A program made the position numbers and the translations under genes. 64,000 nucleotides of DNA from an uncultured delta proteobacterium (GTDB lineage Bacteria; Myxococcota_A; Polyangia; Haliangiales; Haliangiaceae): assembly GCA_963848295.1 (NCBI GenBank), contig CAWKDB010000010.1, positions 1,536,001 to 1,600,000 of the forward strand, read 5' to 3'. The notes under the pieces are model-generated. The model saw only the letters and a program-made list of their open reading frames with translations, was not told the origin of the DNA and searched no databases. This document shows positions 1-9,448 of the stretch, piece after piece. Position 1 is the stretch's first letter, and each line of letters begins with the position of its first letter.

Positions 1-163
1 TGCGGCCGCCGCACATGCGGTAGAGACCGCGGGTGACGAGGTCGACGCCGTTGACGTGTCCGGTGAGTGCCGCGCCGATCCCGTACGCGAGGATGACCGG
101 AAAGATCAGGACGAGGCTGTCGGCGAGGTCGCCGCGCCCGGACCAGCCGTGGCCCTTCGTCAT
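1..163 (-). CDS. N-terminus of a membrane protein running off the window; possibly a CPBP-family intramembrane protease
   Basis: Not in the ORF track. ATG at 163-161 overlaps the M16 stop (ATGA). Reads MTKGHGWSGRGDLADSLVLIFPVILAYGIGAALTGHVNGVDLVTRGLYRMCGGR, with a hydrophobic helix, and is open to the edge. The family is a guess from memory. Confidence 0.6.
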   Translation of the reverse strand, partial: MTKGHGWSGRGDLADSLVLIFPVILAYGIGAALTGHVNGVDLVTRGLYRMCGGR

Positions 164-2826
164 CGCGACTTCGCTCCGAGCTTGCTACGCTTGGCCGCCG
201 CCGGCGTGCGCGCGGGTGGTCGCACCGTCGCGGTGATCTCGCGATCGACGCGCAAGTACGTGGTCGCCGCGGCGGCGACATCGGCGACGCCGACGGCGCG
301 AATCGCATCGTCGTAGTGCGCCCAGCGATCCCAGCCCAAGCCGTACGCCTCGTGATACGCGAGCGCGTTTGCGACCGCGGCTCGGCGTTGCATCGCGATC
401 TGATGGCTGCCGATCAGGTACGCTTGCGCGCGCGCGAGCTCGTCGTCGGTGACGCCCGTGGTGCGAATGCGATCGAGCTCGGCGTTGACCGAGGCGACCG
501 CGGCGTCGAGCTTGGCCGGCGCGCACGACAAGTAGATCGCGACGAACCCCGGATCGACGCCTTCGATCGAGTGCGCCGAGATGCGATAGACCAGGCCGGA
601 TTTCTCGCGCAGCTCGGCGAACAATCGGCCGCTCTGGCCTCCGAGGATCGCGACCAGCACCTCGAGCGCGAACCGATCGGGCGCGGCGACCGTCGCGCCG
701 GGAAACCCGACGACGAGATAGGCCTGCTGGCGGTCGAGGTAGCGATAGACCTCGCGGGCCTCGCCGGGGCGACCGTCGAGCTTCGGCGCCGGCACGATCG
801 GCTCGATCGCGCGCTTGGCCTTGACGCCGCCGAACCGCGCAGTGACTCGCGCCACGACGTCGGCGACCTCGACATCGCCGACGATCGCGAGGGTCAGCGC
901 CGAGACCGGATAGCGATCGCGATAGAACGCGGCCAGCGCATCGCGATCGAGGCGGTCGACCGCGGTCGCGGTGCCGAGCACGTCGCGCGCGTAGGGGTGG
1001 TCGCCGTACAGCGCTTCGCTGAACAGCCGGAACGCCACCTGAGTCGGATTGTCGGCCTGCGCGTCTTGATCGGCGACGAGCAAGCGTTGCTCGCGGCTGA
1101 CCTCGGCGGCGGGAAACGTCGGCGCGAGGATGCAATCGGCGAGTAGCTCGAGCCCGGGCTGCCACGACCGCGCGAGGAACTCGCCGGAGACACCGACGCT
1201 GTTGCGCCCTGCGACGCCGGTCAGCGAGCCGCCGAGGCTATCGATGTGCTCGGCGACCGCGGACGCACCGAGCTTGCCGCAGCCGCGCAGCAGCGTGCGC
1301 GCGAGGAGCGTCGAAGCGCCGGCGTGGTCGGCATCTTCGATGCGCTGGCCGCCGCGCCACACCGCGCGCATCGCGACGATCGGAACGGACGGATCACGCC
1401 GGACGAGCAGCACCATGCCGTTCGGCAGCACGACGCGCTGATCGGCCGGGGCCGCGACCGGCGTCGTCTTCGCGAGCGCACTGCGCACGCGCTTCTCGGC
1501 ATCGCGCGCGAACGCCGCCGGCTGCGATCTTCGCTTCGGCACGATCGCCGCGACGCTCGCGTTGTCCGGGCGCAGATAGCGGCGCACCGCCGATGCGACA
1601 TCGTGCCGGCGGACCGCGCGGATGCGATCGACGTAGACGTGGCCGAAGTGCGGATCGCCGGTGACCACGGCATGCCAGCCGAGCGAGCGAGCCCGGCCTT
1701 GCGCGGTCTCGAGCTGGCGCACGAGCGACGTCTCGACCGCGATCCTCGCGCGATCGAGATCGTCGGGCTCGAGCGAGTCGGCGAGCGCGAGCGTCTGGTC
1801 GACGAGCGCGCCAACCGCCTTGCCGGCATCGCGTGGCCGCGAGGTGGCCGACAGCACGAACAACCCCGGATCGCGCAACGCGTGGACGTGCGCATGGGCC
1901 GACGTCGCGACCTGATCGCGATCGCGCAGGACGCGTGGCAGTCGAGCGGACTCGCTCTGGCCCAGGACGATCGCCGCGACATCGAGCGCCGCGAGATCGG
2001 GGTGGCGCGCCGACGGGACGTGGAACCCGACCGCGAGGTACGCCTCGCTGACCTCGCGAAACACCGCGGCCGATCGCGGCTCGGTCTGCGCCGGTTCGGT
2101 CGCGACCTGACGCGCGGGGCGCCCGGCCGGCATCGCGGTGAATCTCCTCGCCACAGCGCGCCGCACGCGCTGCGGGTCGACGTCGCCGGCGACGACGAGC
2201 GTGACGTTATCGGCGACGTAGTAGTTGCGAAAGAAATCCACGAGCTCGCGGTCGCCGACCCGGCGCACGCTGTCCGACGTGCCGATCACCGGACGGCGAT
2301 ACGGATGGGAGACGAACGCGGTCGCGAACAGGCTCTGCGCGACCGAGCGCGCCGGATCGTCGGCGCCTTGGCGAATCTCCTCGAGGATGACCTCGCGCTC
2401 GCGCTCGAGCTCGTCGCGATCGACCCGCGGCGCGGTCAGGGCATCCCCGAGCGCGTCGATCGCGGTGTCCAGGTGATCGCGGCCGAGCACCGCGTGGTAG
2501 ACGGTCTGGTCGTAGGACGTCCACGCGTTGATCTCGCCGCCGCCGGCTCCGATCGCACGCGTCAGCTCGCCGAGGCCGTAGTCGCTCGAGCCCTTGAACA
2601 GCATGTGCTCGACGACGTGGGCGAACCCCGCCTGCGCCGGTGTCTCGTCGGCCGAGCCCACCCCGACCCACGCCTGGATCGCGACGACCGGCGACGCGTG
2701 CCCGGGTGCGACGTGGAGCGCCAGCCCGTTGTCGAGGCGGTAAGAGTGGACGTCCTGCACGGCGGCGAAGCAAACCGCGAGCGCGGCCGCACCGAAATGA
2801 TAGGCACGCCAGGTCAGGATGGGCAC
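160..2826 (-). CDS. M16 (pitrilysin/insulinase) zinc peptidase, active and inactive halves fused
   Basis: Inverted zinc motif HVVEH(MLFKGS), NAWTSYDQTVY, EREVILEE, HPYRRPVIG. The second half repeats the fold without HxxEH. The true start may be GTG at 2760. Confidence 0.93.
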   Translation of the reverse strand: MPILTWRAYHFGAAALAVCFAAVQDVHSYRLDNGLALHVAPGHASPVVAIQAWVGVGSADETPAQAGFAHVVEHMLFKGSSDYGLGELTRAIGAGGGEINAWTSYDQTVYHAVLGRDHLDTAIDALGDALTAPRVDRDELEREREVILEEIRQGADDPARSVAQSLFATAFVSHPYRRPVIGTSDSVRRVGDRELVDFFRNYYVADNVTLVVAGDVDPQRVRRAVARRFTAMPAGRPARQVATEPAQTEPRSAAVFREVSEAYLAVGFHVPSARHPDLAALDVAAIVLGQSESARLPRVLRDRDQVATSAHAHVHALRDPGLFVLSATSRPRDAGKAVGALVDQTLALADSLEPDDLDRARIAVETSLVRQLETAQGRARSLGWHAVVTGDPHFGHVYVDRIRAVRRHDVASAVRRYLRPDNASVAAIVPKRRSQPAAFARDAEKRVRSALAKTTPVAAPADQRVVLPNGMVLLVRRDPSVPIVAMRAVWRGGQRIEDADHAGASTLLARTLLRGCGKLGASAVAEHIDSLGGSLTGVAGRNSVGVSGEFLARSWQPGLELLADCILAPTFPAAEVSREQRLLVADQDAQADNPTQVAFRLFSEALYGDHPYARDVLGTATAVDRLDRDALAAFYRDRYPVSALTLAIVGDVEVADVVARVTARFGGVKAKRAIEPIVPAPKLDGRPGEAREVYRYLDRQQAYLVVGFPGATVAAPDRFALEVLVAILGGQSGRLFAELREKSGLVYRISAHSIEGVDPGFVAIYLSCAPAKLDAAVASVNAELDRIRTTGVTDDELARAQAYLIGSHQIAMQRRAAVANALAYHEAYGLGWDRWAHYDDAIRAVGVADVAAAATTYLRVDREITATVRPPARTPAAAKRSKLGAKSR

Positions 2827-2883
2827 CTTTTTCCCGTGCGGCAGATTACTCCCGAGTTCCGCGAATTTGGTTAAGCTCTGCCG

Positions 2884-3363
2884 ATGAACCGAGTCGCCTA
2901 TGCGTTGCTCCTTGGTGTCCTTGGCTGCAGCAGCACCCCGGCCGATGTCAGCGGCGATTACACGATGGCCGTCACCGACGAGGCCAACGGCTGCAACCTC
3001 CAGAACTGGACGATGGGCGATAGCTCGACCGGCGTCCCGGTCACGATCACCCAGGACACGAAGGACGTGACGATCAAGATCACGGGTGCGGCCGGTGCGT
3101 ACGTCGCGGTGATCCTCGGCACGAGCAGTTTCATGGGAACGGTCGACGGCGACAACGTGAGCGCGACGCTGTTCGGCACGACCAGCGCGACGATGGGCGG
3201 CTGCGAGTACACCTACGACGCGGATCTCGAAGCGTCGCTCGACGTCGACGAGCTGACCGGCACGATCGCGTACTCGCCGAAGACGAACGGCAGCCCGGAT
3301 TGCTCGACGATCATGGGCTGCACCTCGACGCAGAATTTCAACGGTACTCGCGCGCCGCAGTGA
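2884..3363 (+). CDS. Hypothetical lipoprotein, beta-rich, four further Cys
   Basis: Lipobox LLGVLG-C; Thr/Gly/Asp-rich; GC3-biased codons. Confidence 0.8.
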   Translation: MNRVAYALLLGVLGCSSTPADVSGDYTMAVTDEANGCNLQNWTMGDSSTGVPVTITQDTKDVTIKITGAAGAYVAVILGTSSFMGTVDGDNVSATLFGTTSATMGGCEYTYDADLEASLDVDELTGTIAYSPKTNGSPDCSTIMGCTSTQNFNGTRAPQ

Positions 3364-3917
3364 TCACGCGGCCGCCGGCGCTCGTCACCGACCGGTTGAC
3401 GCTGCGCGAGCTGCGCGCGACCGATGCTCCCGCCGTCGCGACACGCGCTGGTGATCAGCGAGTCGCGAAGTTCTTGATCCAGGTGCCGAGCCCGTATCCG
3501 ATCGCGCTCGCGAAGCGCTGGATCGCAGGTCGAGTCGCGTGGTGGGACGCCGGCCGGGGCGTGACGCTCGCGATCGCCCGACGGGAAGCGCGCGACGACC
3601 TGCTCGGCACGGTCAGCTTGCGCCGCCACAACCGCGACCGCCGCGCCGAGCTCGGCTACTGGCTCGGCGCCGCCGAGTGGGGCAAAGGCTACGCGACCGA
3701 AGCCTGCCGCGCGTTGATCGAGTTCGGGTTCGCCGAGCTCGTGCTCGCGCGGATCTACGCCCAGGTGCTCGCCGGCAACGAACCCTCGTGTCGCGTGCTC
3801 GAGAAGCTCGGCATGCAGCGCGAGGGGACGCGCCGCCAGCACGTGCGCAAAGGCCATCGCCTGCACGACGTCACGCTCTTCGGGCTGCTCCGCGACGAAT
3901 GGCCGACGCGAGCGTAA
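3360..3917 (+). CDS. GNAT acetyltransferase, RimJ/RimL-like
   Basis: TDRLTLREL, AELGYWLG, WGKGYATEA, NEPSCRVLEKLGMQREG. The GTG start overlaps the upstream TGA. Confidence 0.9.
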   Translation: MITRPPALVTDRLTLRELRATDAPAVATRAGDQRVAKFLIQVPSPYPIALAKRWIAGRVAWWDAGRGVTLAIARREARDDLLGTVSLRRHNRDRRAELGYWLGAAEWGKGYATEACRALIEFGFAELVLARIYAQVLAGNEPSCRVLEKLGMQREGTRRQHVRKGHRLHDVTLFGLLRDEWPTRA

Positions 3918-3986
3918 CCGTCCGACCCCATCCGCTCCGCGCTCGGCCGCGAGCACCCTCACGACTCCTGCGAGAGCACACGGTCG

Positions 3987-4259
3987 TTACCGCGCTCGCC
4001 GGCGCGCGATGCCGTAGCCGATCGCGATTCCGGCGGCGAGCCCGACCAGTCCACCGAGCGCGAAGCCCGACGTCGACGGCTGCGAGACCGAGGGCCTGGC
4101 ACCTGGCTCGCGCTTCGGTGCGGTAAACCAGCCAATCGCGAATGCACCGGCGCACACGGCGGCGATCACGACCGCGGCGATCCACGTCGAGCGCGGCACC
4201 GGGACGCGCAGCTTCGCCCCCTTGCCGGCGATCTCCCGGGCGGCCTGCTCGCGGTCCAC
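3987..4259 (-). CDS. Small membrane protein with two TM helices
   Basis: Hydrophobic segments WIAAVVIAAVCAGAFAIGWF and FALGGLVGLAAGIAIGYGIA, followed by a basic tail. Confidence 0.7.
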   Translation of the reverse strand: MDREQAAREIAGKGAKLRVPVPRSTWIAAVVIAAVCAGAFAIGWFTAPKREPGARPSVSQPSTSGFALGGLVGLAAGIAIGYGIARRRAR

Positions 4260-4347
4260 AGCTCGCTCGTAGCACGAGTCTTGCTCACAGCGACGGCCAC
4301 GACGACGCTCCGCGGGCTTGTGCCCGAGTCGCGTTGCGGATCACAAC

Positions 4348-5658
4348 ATGCGCTACCTGATCCTCGGCTTGGTCCTTACAACGGCGTGTCACTGGGGCGC
4401 GCCGGCAACCGATCCTGACGCGGCCTCGCCCGACGGTGGCGCCGGCTCCGATGCGGCGAATGGCTGCCCCGCCGGCCTCGCAGGAGCGCCGTGCGTGCTC
4501 GCGCTCTACGATCAGGCCGCCACCTGCAGCGATCCGACCGCGCTCGCCCAGCTCGCGACCGAGCTCACCGCGCGCGCCGGCCTCGGCCCGCTGTGGTCGG
4601 ACGGCCGCGCGCTGTTCGCGACCTCCGCGCCGCTCGCGGTCGCCGGCGCGTTCAACGCGTGGTCGACGACCGCCGCGATCACCGCACCGCTGTGCGGCAC
4701 GGGCCCGATCCTCGTCGTGACGCCGATCGCGACCGGCCTGTGGCCGTACAAGCTCGTCGACGCCGGCGGCAACTGGTCGCTCGATCCCGCAAATCCCGCG
4801 TTCGCCTACGACGACTTCGCCGGCAACCCCGACGGCCGCAACAGCGCGATCGATACGCCCGACTCCGGGCTCGGCCACCTCGTGTCGTTCGGACAGGAGT
4901 GCTCGACGACGCTCGGCAACTGTCGCGAGGTCACCGCGTACCTCCCCGCCGCATACGACGCACCGGCATCGGCGGCGCTCACGTACCCGGTGATGTTCAT
5001 GCACGACGGCCAGAACATCTGGGACGACAACACGTGCTGCTTCGGCAACGGCGGCTGGCAAGTCAACCTCACACTCGATACCGAGATCGCCGCGAACAAG
5101 GTCGCGCCGGTGATCGTGATCGGTGCCGCGAACACCGCGAACCGCAATAACGAGTACGGGCTCGATCCGACGACGACCGCCGCGTTCGAGGCGTTCCAGA
5201 TCGACACGATCCAACCCGATGCACTCGCTCGCGTCCGCGGCGACGGCGGCAAGGTCGTGATCGGCGGCAGCTCGCTCGGCGGCTTGATCGCGATGCAGGA
5301 TGGCCTGGCGCGGCCCGATGTCTATCGCGGCATCGCCTCGCTATCGGGAGCGTTCTGGCCGACGACGTTCGACGGCACCGAGCTCGTCGATCAGATGCCC
5401 GCGATGGGCAAGCAACCGCTCGCGATCTATCTCGACCACGGCGGCGAAGACTCCGACAACGGCGATGGCGCCGCGGACTCCGACGCGGTCGTCAGCGAGC
5501 TCGTCACGCTCGGCTGGCAAGAGACGATGTCGCCGAGTTGCGCTGCGCCCGGAGCGAGCGCGCTGTGTTTCTACTGGGAGCCTGGCGCGACCCACGACGA
5601 GCTGGCCTGGCGTGCGCGCGTGTGGCGGATGCTCGAGTTCATGTTCCCGGCGCACTGA
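4348..5658 (+). CDS. Lipoprotein alpha/beta hydrolase (putative esterase, Fes/IroE-like) with an N-terminal E-set/CBM48-like domain
   Basis: Lipobox LTTA-C, VAGAFNAW, YLPAAY, YPVMFMHDGQN, nucleophile GGSSLGG, IYLDHG, GATHDELAWRAR. Confidence 0.85.
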   Translation: MRYLILGLVLTTACHWGAPATDPDAASPDGGAGSDAANGCPAGLAGAPCVLALYDQAATCSDPTALAQLATELTARAGLGPLWSDGRALFATSAPLAVAGAFNAWSTTAAITAPLCGTGPILVVTPIATGLWPYKLVDAGGNWSLDPANPAFAYDDFAGNPDGRNSAIDTPDSGLGHLVSFGQECSTTLGNCREVTAYLPAAYDAPASAALTYPVMFMHDGQNIWDDNTCCFGNGGWQVNLTLDTEIAANKVAPVIVIGAANTANRNNEYGLDPTTTAAFEAFQIDTIQPDALARVRGDGGKVVIGGSSLGGLIAMQDGLARPDVYRGIASLSGAFWPTTFDGTELVDQMPAMGKQPLAIYLDHGGEDSDNGDGAADSDAVVSELVTLGWQETMSPSCAAPGASALCFYWEPGATHDELAWRARVWRMLEFMFPAH

Positions 5659-5660
5659 TC

Positions 5661-5697
5661 GGCGACCACAGCCCCACCCAGTGGGGTGACCAGTCCC
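5661..5697 (+). promoter_or_regulatory. Two degenerate GGGGCA-N3-TGCCCC-like sites (candidate enhancer)
   Basis: ggcgaccacagcccc (5661-5675) and ggggtgaccagtccc (5683-5697), about 60-100 bp upstream of a sigma54 motif. Weak matches. Confidence 0.3.
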
Positions 5698-5757
5698 CGA
5701 GGCAGCGCGCGCCCCTACGAGGCGGCGGTCATGAACGCGCGATCCGCCGCGACGTAC

Positions 5758-5773
5758 GGGCACATGCGTTGCT
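5758..5773 (+). promoter_or_regulatory. sigma54 (-24/-12) promoter
   Basis: GGGCACATGCGTTGCT versus consensus TGGCACG-N4-TTGCW, with exact GG/GC spacing. Confidence 0.7.
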
Positions 5774-5786
5774 ACTCTGGGAGCCC

Positions 5787-6713
5787 ATGATGAAGGCGCT
5801 AGCCCTAGGTCTATCCTTGACTGCAGCTTGCACGGTCGGCTCGGGTGCTATCGGCCCCCAAGGCAGCGGCGATGATACCCAGTCCGACGGCGGCGTGACC
5901 CCTCCGGATGGGATCAGCGGCCACATCACCGCGAGCACGACCTGGATGGGCGCGGTGAACATCATCGGCGACACCACGATCGACCCGGGTGTGACCGTCA
6001 CGGTCCAGCCGGGCGCCGTCGTCAACGTCGCCGCCGGCATGAGCATCGTGGTGCTCGGCACCCTCGATGCCGAGGGGACGAGCGCCGCGAAGATCACGAT
6101 CCAGCCGGCGAATGCCGGGTTGCACTTCGGTGCGCCCGACGCGGGCATCACGGTCGGCGCGTCGGCCTTGACGGTCGGCAGCTCGCCTCAGCCGGGCACG
6201 CTGATCATGAAGTACGTCGACCAGACCGGCGGCAGCTTGCGCGTGTTCGGTAGCGGCACCGCCACGGTGACCGACAGCACGTTCTCGAAGGCCGACGGAG
6301 ATCTCGTACAGATGTCCGACACCGCGTCGCTCGACTTCGAATACTCGGCGATCGGCCTCACCGCCGCCGGCGACACCACCCACTGCGACATGCACTTCCA
6401 GACGCCGATGGGCTCGGCGCTCACGTCGATCAAGGTGTCGCATTCGAACGTCAGCACGTCGTCGTACGGCATCATGTTCTACGCAGGCACGAACGCCGAC
6501 TTCACGTTCGACAACTGGTTCATGAACTCCACGACCAGCCTCGATCCGACGATCGGCTCGGTCAGCGGCGACTTCAGCAGCGGCTACTTCGACATCGTCC
6601 CGCCCTCGATCTCGACGCCTACGACCGGGATCACCGCGAATACCCTCGCGACCGCGATGCTGGCCGCCTGCGACGGCACGAACGATGTGTCTTGCGCTGG
6701 CCCACATCCGTAA
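5787..6713 (+). CDS. Lipoprotein, probable beta-helix, tandem paralog A
   Basis: Lipobox LTAA-C; GVTVTVQPGAVV repeats; motif GDTTHCDMH and C-terminus CDGTNDVSCAGPHP, both shared with the next gene. Confidence 0.82.
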   Translation: MMKALALGLSLTAACTVGSGAIGPQGSGDDTQSDGGVTPPDGISGHITASTTWMGAVNIIGDTTIDPGVTVTVQPGAVVNVAAGMSIVVLGTLDAEGTSAAKITIQPANAGLHFGAPDAGITVGASALTVGSSPQPGTLIMKYVDQTGGSLRVFGSGTATVTDSTFSKADGDLVQMSDTASLDFEYSAIGLTAAGDTTHCDMHFQTPMGSALTSIKVSHSNVSTSSYGIMFYAGTNADFTFDNWFMNSTTSLDPTIGSVSGDFSSGYFDIVPPSISTPTTGITANTLATAMLAACDGTNDVSCAGPHP

Positions 6714-6740
6714 CCGCGATTCCCTCGTACACTTAGCACC

Positions 6741-7595
<855 letters not shown>

Positions 7596-7645
7596 CGTTT
7601 ATTACATCAATCCGAACCTGCATTGGACGTGATAGCGTCCGCCCG

Positions 7646-8947
7646 ATGCGTCTCTATGCCCTGATTGTCGCGGCCAGCGTCCTCGGTTGTGGTGATAACT
7701 CAGATCCCGGGCCTGCTAGCGAAAAGCCTACTGCCCCCGGGGCCAACGATCCCTCGTTCCAGATCTCGAGCCTCAAGCACTGGTACCTGGTCGGCGACGG
7801 CGTGACTCCCGGCGATGACACGGTCCAACTCGCGATCACGCCGCCCGCCGACGCGAAAGTCGTCGACGCGTGGATCGGCCCGCTCCAGCCGGTGCGGATG
7901 CAGCTGCAAGACGGTCAGCTCGTCGCGCAAGCGTCGATCGCCGATCTCGACCCGGGCATGTACTCGATCGTGTTCTCGGCCGACGGCTCGGATCAGGGCT
8001 TCGCCGCAGCGTCGTTCCAGCGCAGCTCGCCGTACTACGTGTTGGTCTCTACCGATTGGGACTTTTCGGACCCAGGCGATTCGTCGCTGACGTACATCAA
8101 CGATCTCCACCTCGGTCATCCCGGAATCCGTATGACGGATTTCATCGGACCGTATCTGTTCACCGATCCCGCGAACACCGATGCTCGCAAGCAGGAGCTC
8201 GCGACGTGGATCGCGAACGAGCGCGATACGTACGGCGTCGAGATCGGCCTGCACATCCATCCGTACTGCAACTTCGTCGCGGACGCCGGCGTCACGTGCA
8301 TCACGAACGTCTCGACCGTGTACCCGGCGGGCGACCCATCCGGTTACACGATCGAGGTCGGCGCGTACAGTCGCAGCGACTTCGAGACGTTGCTCCAGCA
8401 TGCGTCGGATCTGTTCGCCGCGAACGGCCTCGGTCGACCGACGTCGTTCCGGGCCGGCGGCTGGACCGCAGATCTGGATACGTTTCTAGCGCTGATCGAC
8501 AAAGGCTTTCGCGCGGACAGCTCGGCGATGAACTGGGCACGTCTCTACGCCGCGTGGAAAGGCTATGTGCTCTACGACTGGAACATGGCGCACTGGACGC
8601 CGATCAACGACACGAGTCAGCCCTACACGCCTAGCATGACGCAGGTGCTGCCGGGCGGCCCGACGCCGCTGATGCCGCTGCTCGAGGTCCCGGACAACGG
8701 CGTGATGATCGACTACGCCTCGCTCACCGACATGACGACCATCTTCGACGAGAACTGGCCGCAACACGGTGCGCTCATCCAGCCGACGACGCTGATGATG
8801 GGCTTCCATCCCGCGATGCAGTTCAGCTACGAGGAATACCGGCGCGTCTACGACTTCCTGACCTACGCCGATCAGTTCCTCGCGAGCGATGACAACGGTC
8901 CGGTGGTCTACACGACGCTCGGTGGGCTCGAACCAGCATTTCAATGA
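7646..8947 (+). CDS. Lipoprotein with a polysaccharide deacetylase (NodB/CE4-like) domain
   Basis: Lipobox VLG-C; STDWD, EIGLHIHP, SFRAGGW, ADSS, LLEVP, GFHP. Confidence 0.78.
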   Translation: MRLYALIVAASVLGCGDNSDPGPASEKPTAPGANDPSFQISSLKHWYLVGDGVTPGDDTVQLAITPPADAKVVDAWIGPLQPVRMQLQDGQLVAQASIADLDPGMYSIVFSADGSDQGFAAASFQRSSPYYVLVSTDWDFSDPGDSSLTYINDLHLGHPGIRMTDFIGPYLFTDPANTDARKQELATWIANERDTYGVEIGLHIHPYCNFVADAGVTCITNVSTVYPAGDPSGYTIEVGAYSRSDFETLLQHASDLFAANGLGRPTSFRAGGWTADLDTFLALIDKGFRADSSAMNWARLYAAWKGYVLYDWNMAHWTPINDTSQPYTPSMTQVLPGGPTPLMPLLEVPDNGVMIDYASLTDMTTIFDENWPQHGALIQPTTLMMGFHPAMQFSYEEYRRVYDFLTYADQFLASDDNGPVVYTTLGGLEPAFQ

Positions 8948-9041
8948 GGTTCGAGATTGCCCCACGAGCACGCGTGTGCTGGAATCCGCGCGTCGCTTGC
9001 TGATAAGCGATCTGGCTTTCCCGATACGAGAGGAACATTAG

Positions 9042-9443
9042 ATGAGCGGACTGCAGAACGACATGAATCGGGCGGTGGCGGGATTCGTGGCACAAATCAC
9101 CGAGCTTGCCCGTCGCGCCGCGCTCGACATGGTCGATGCAGCCCTCCGCCCGGTTCGCGGCACCGGCAGCGGCGGCGCGTCGTTCGCTCTGCCCCGCGGC
9201 GCGCGCGGCAAGGGTGCGAAGAGATCGTCGAACGAGCTCGATAAGCTCGCCGAGACATTCCACAGCTACGTGATGAAGCACCCGGGCCTGCGCATCGAGC
9301 AGATCAACAAGGAGCTCGGCACGACGACCAAGGACCTCGCCCTACCGATCCGCAAGCTGATCGCCGAGGGTGCGCTCAAGGCCAAGGGCGCGAAGCGCTC
9401 GACGACGTACTTCGCGAGCGAAGGCCGCAAGAAGAAGAACTAG
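9042..9443 (+). CDS. Small basic DNA-binding protein (helical N-terminus, basic linker, winged-helix C-terminus)
   Basis: HPGLRIEQINKELGTTTKDLALPIRKLIAEGALKAKGAKRSTTYF fits a wHTH pattern. SD-like GAGAGGA upstream. Confidence 0.8.
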   Translation: MSGLQNDMNRAVAGFVAQITELARRAALDMVDAALRPVRGTGSGGASFALPRGARGKGAKRSSNELDKLAETFHSYVMKHPGLRIEQINKELGTTTKDLALPIRKLIAEGALKAKGAKRSTTYFASEGRKKKN

Positions 9444-9448
9444 CGACC

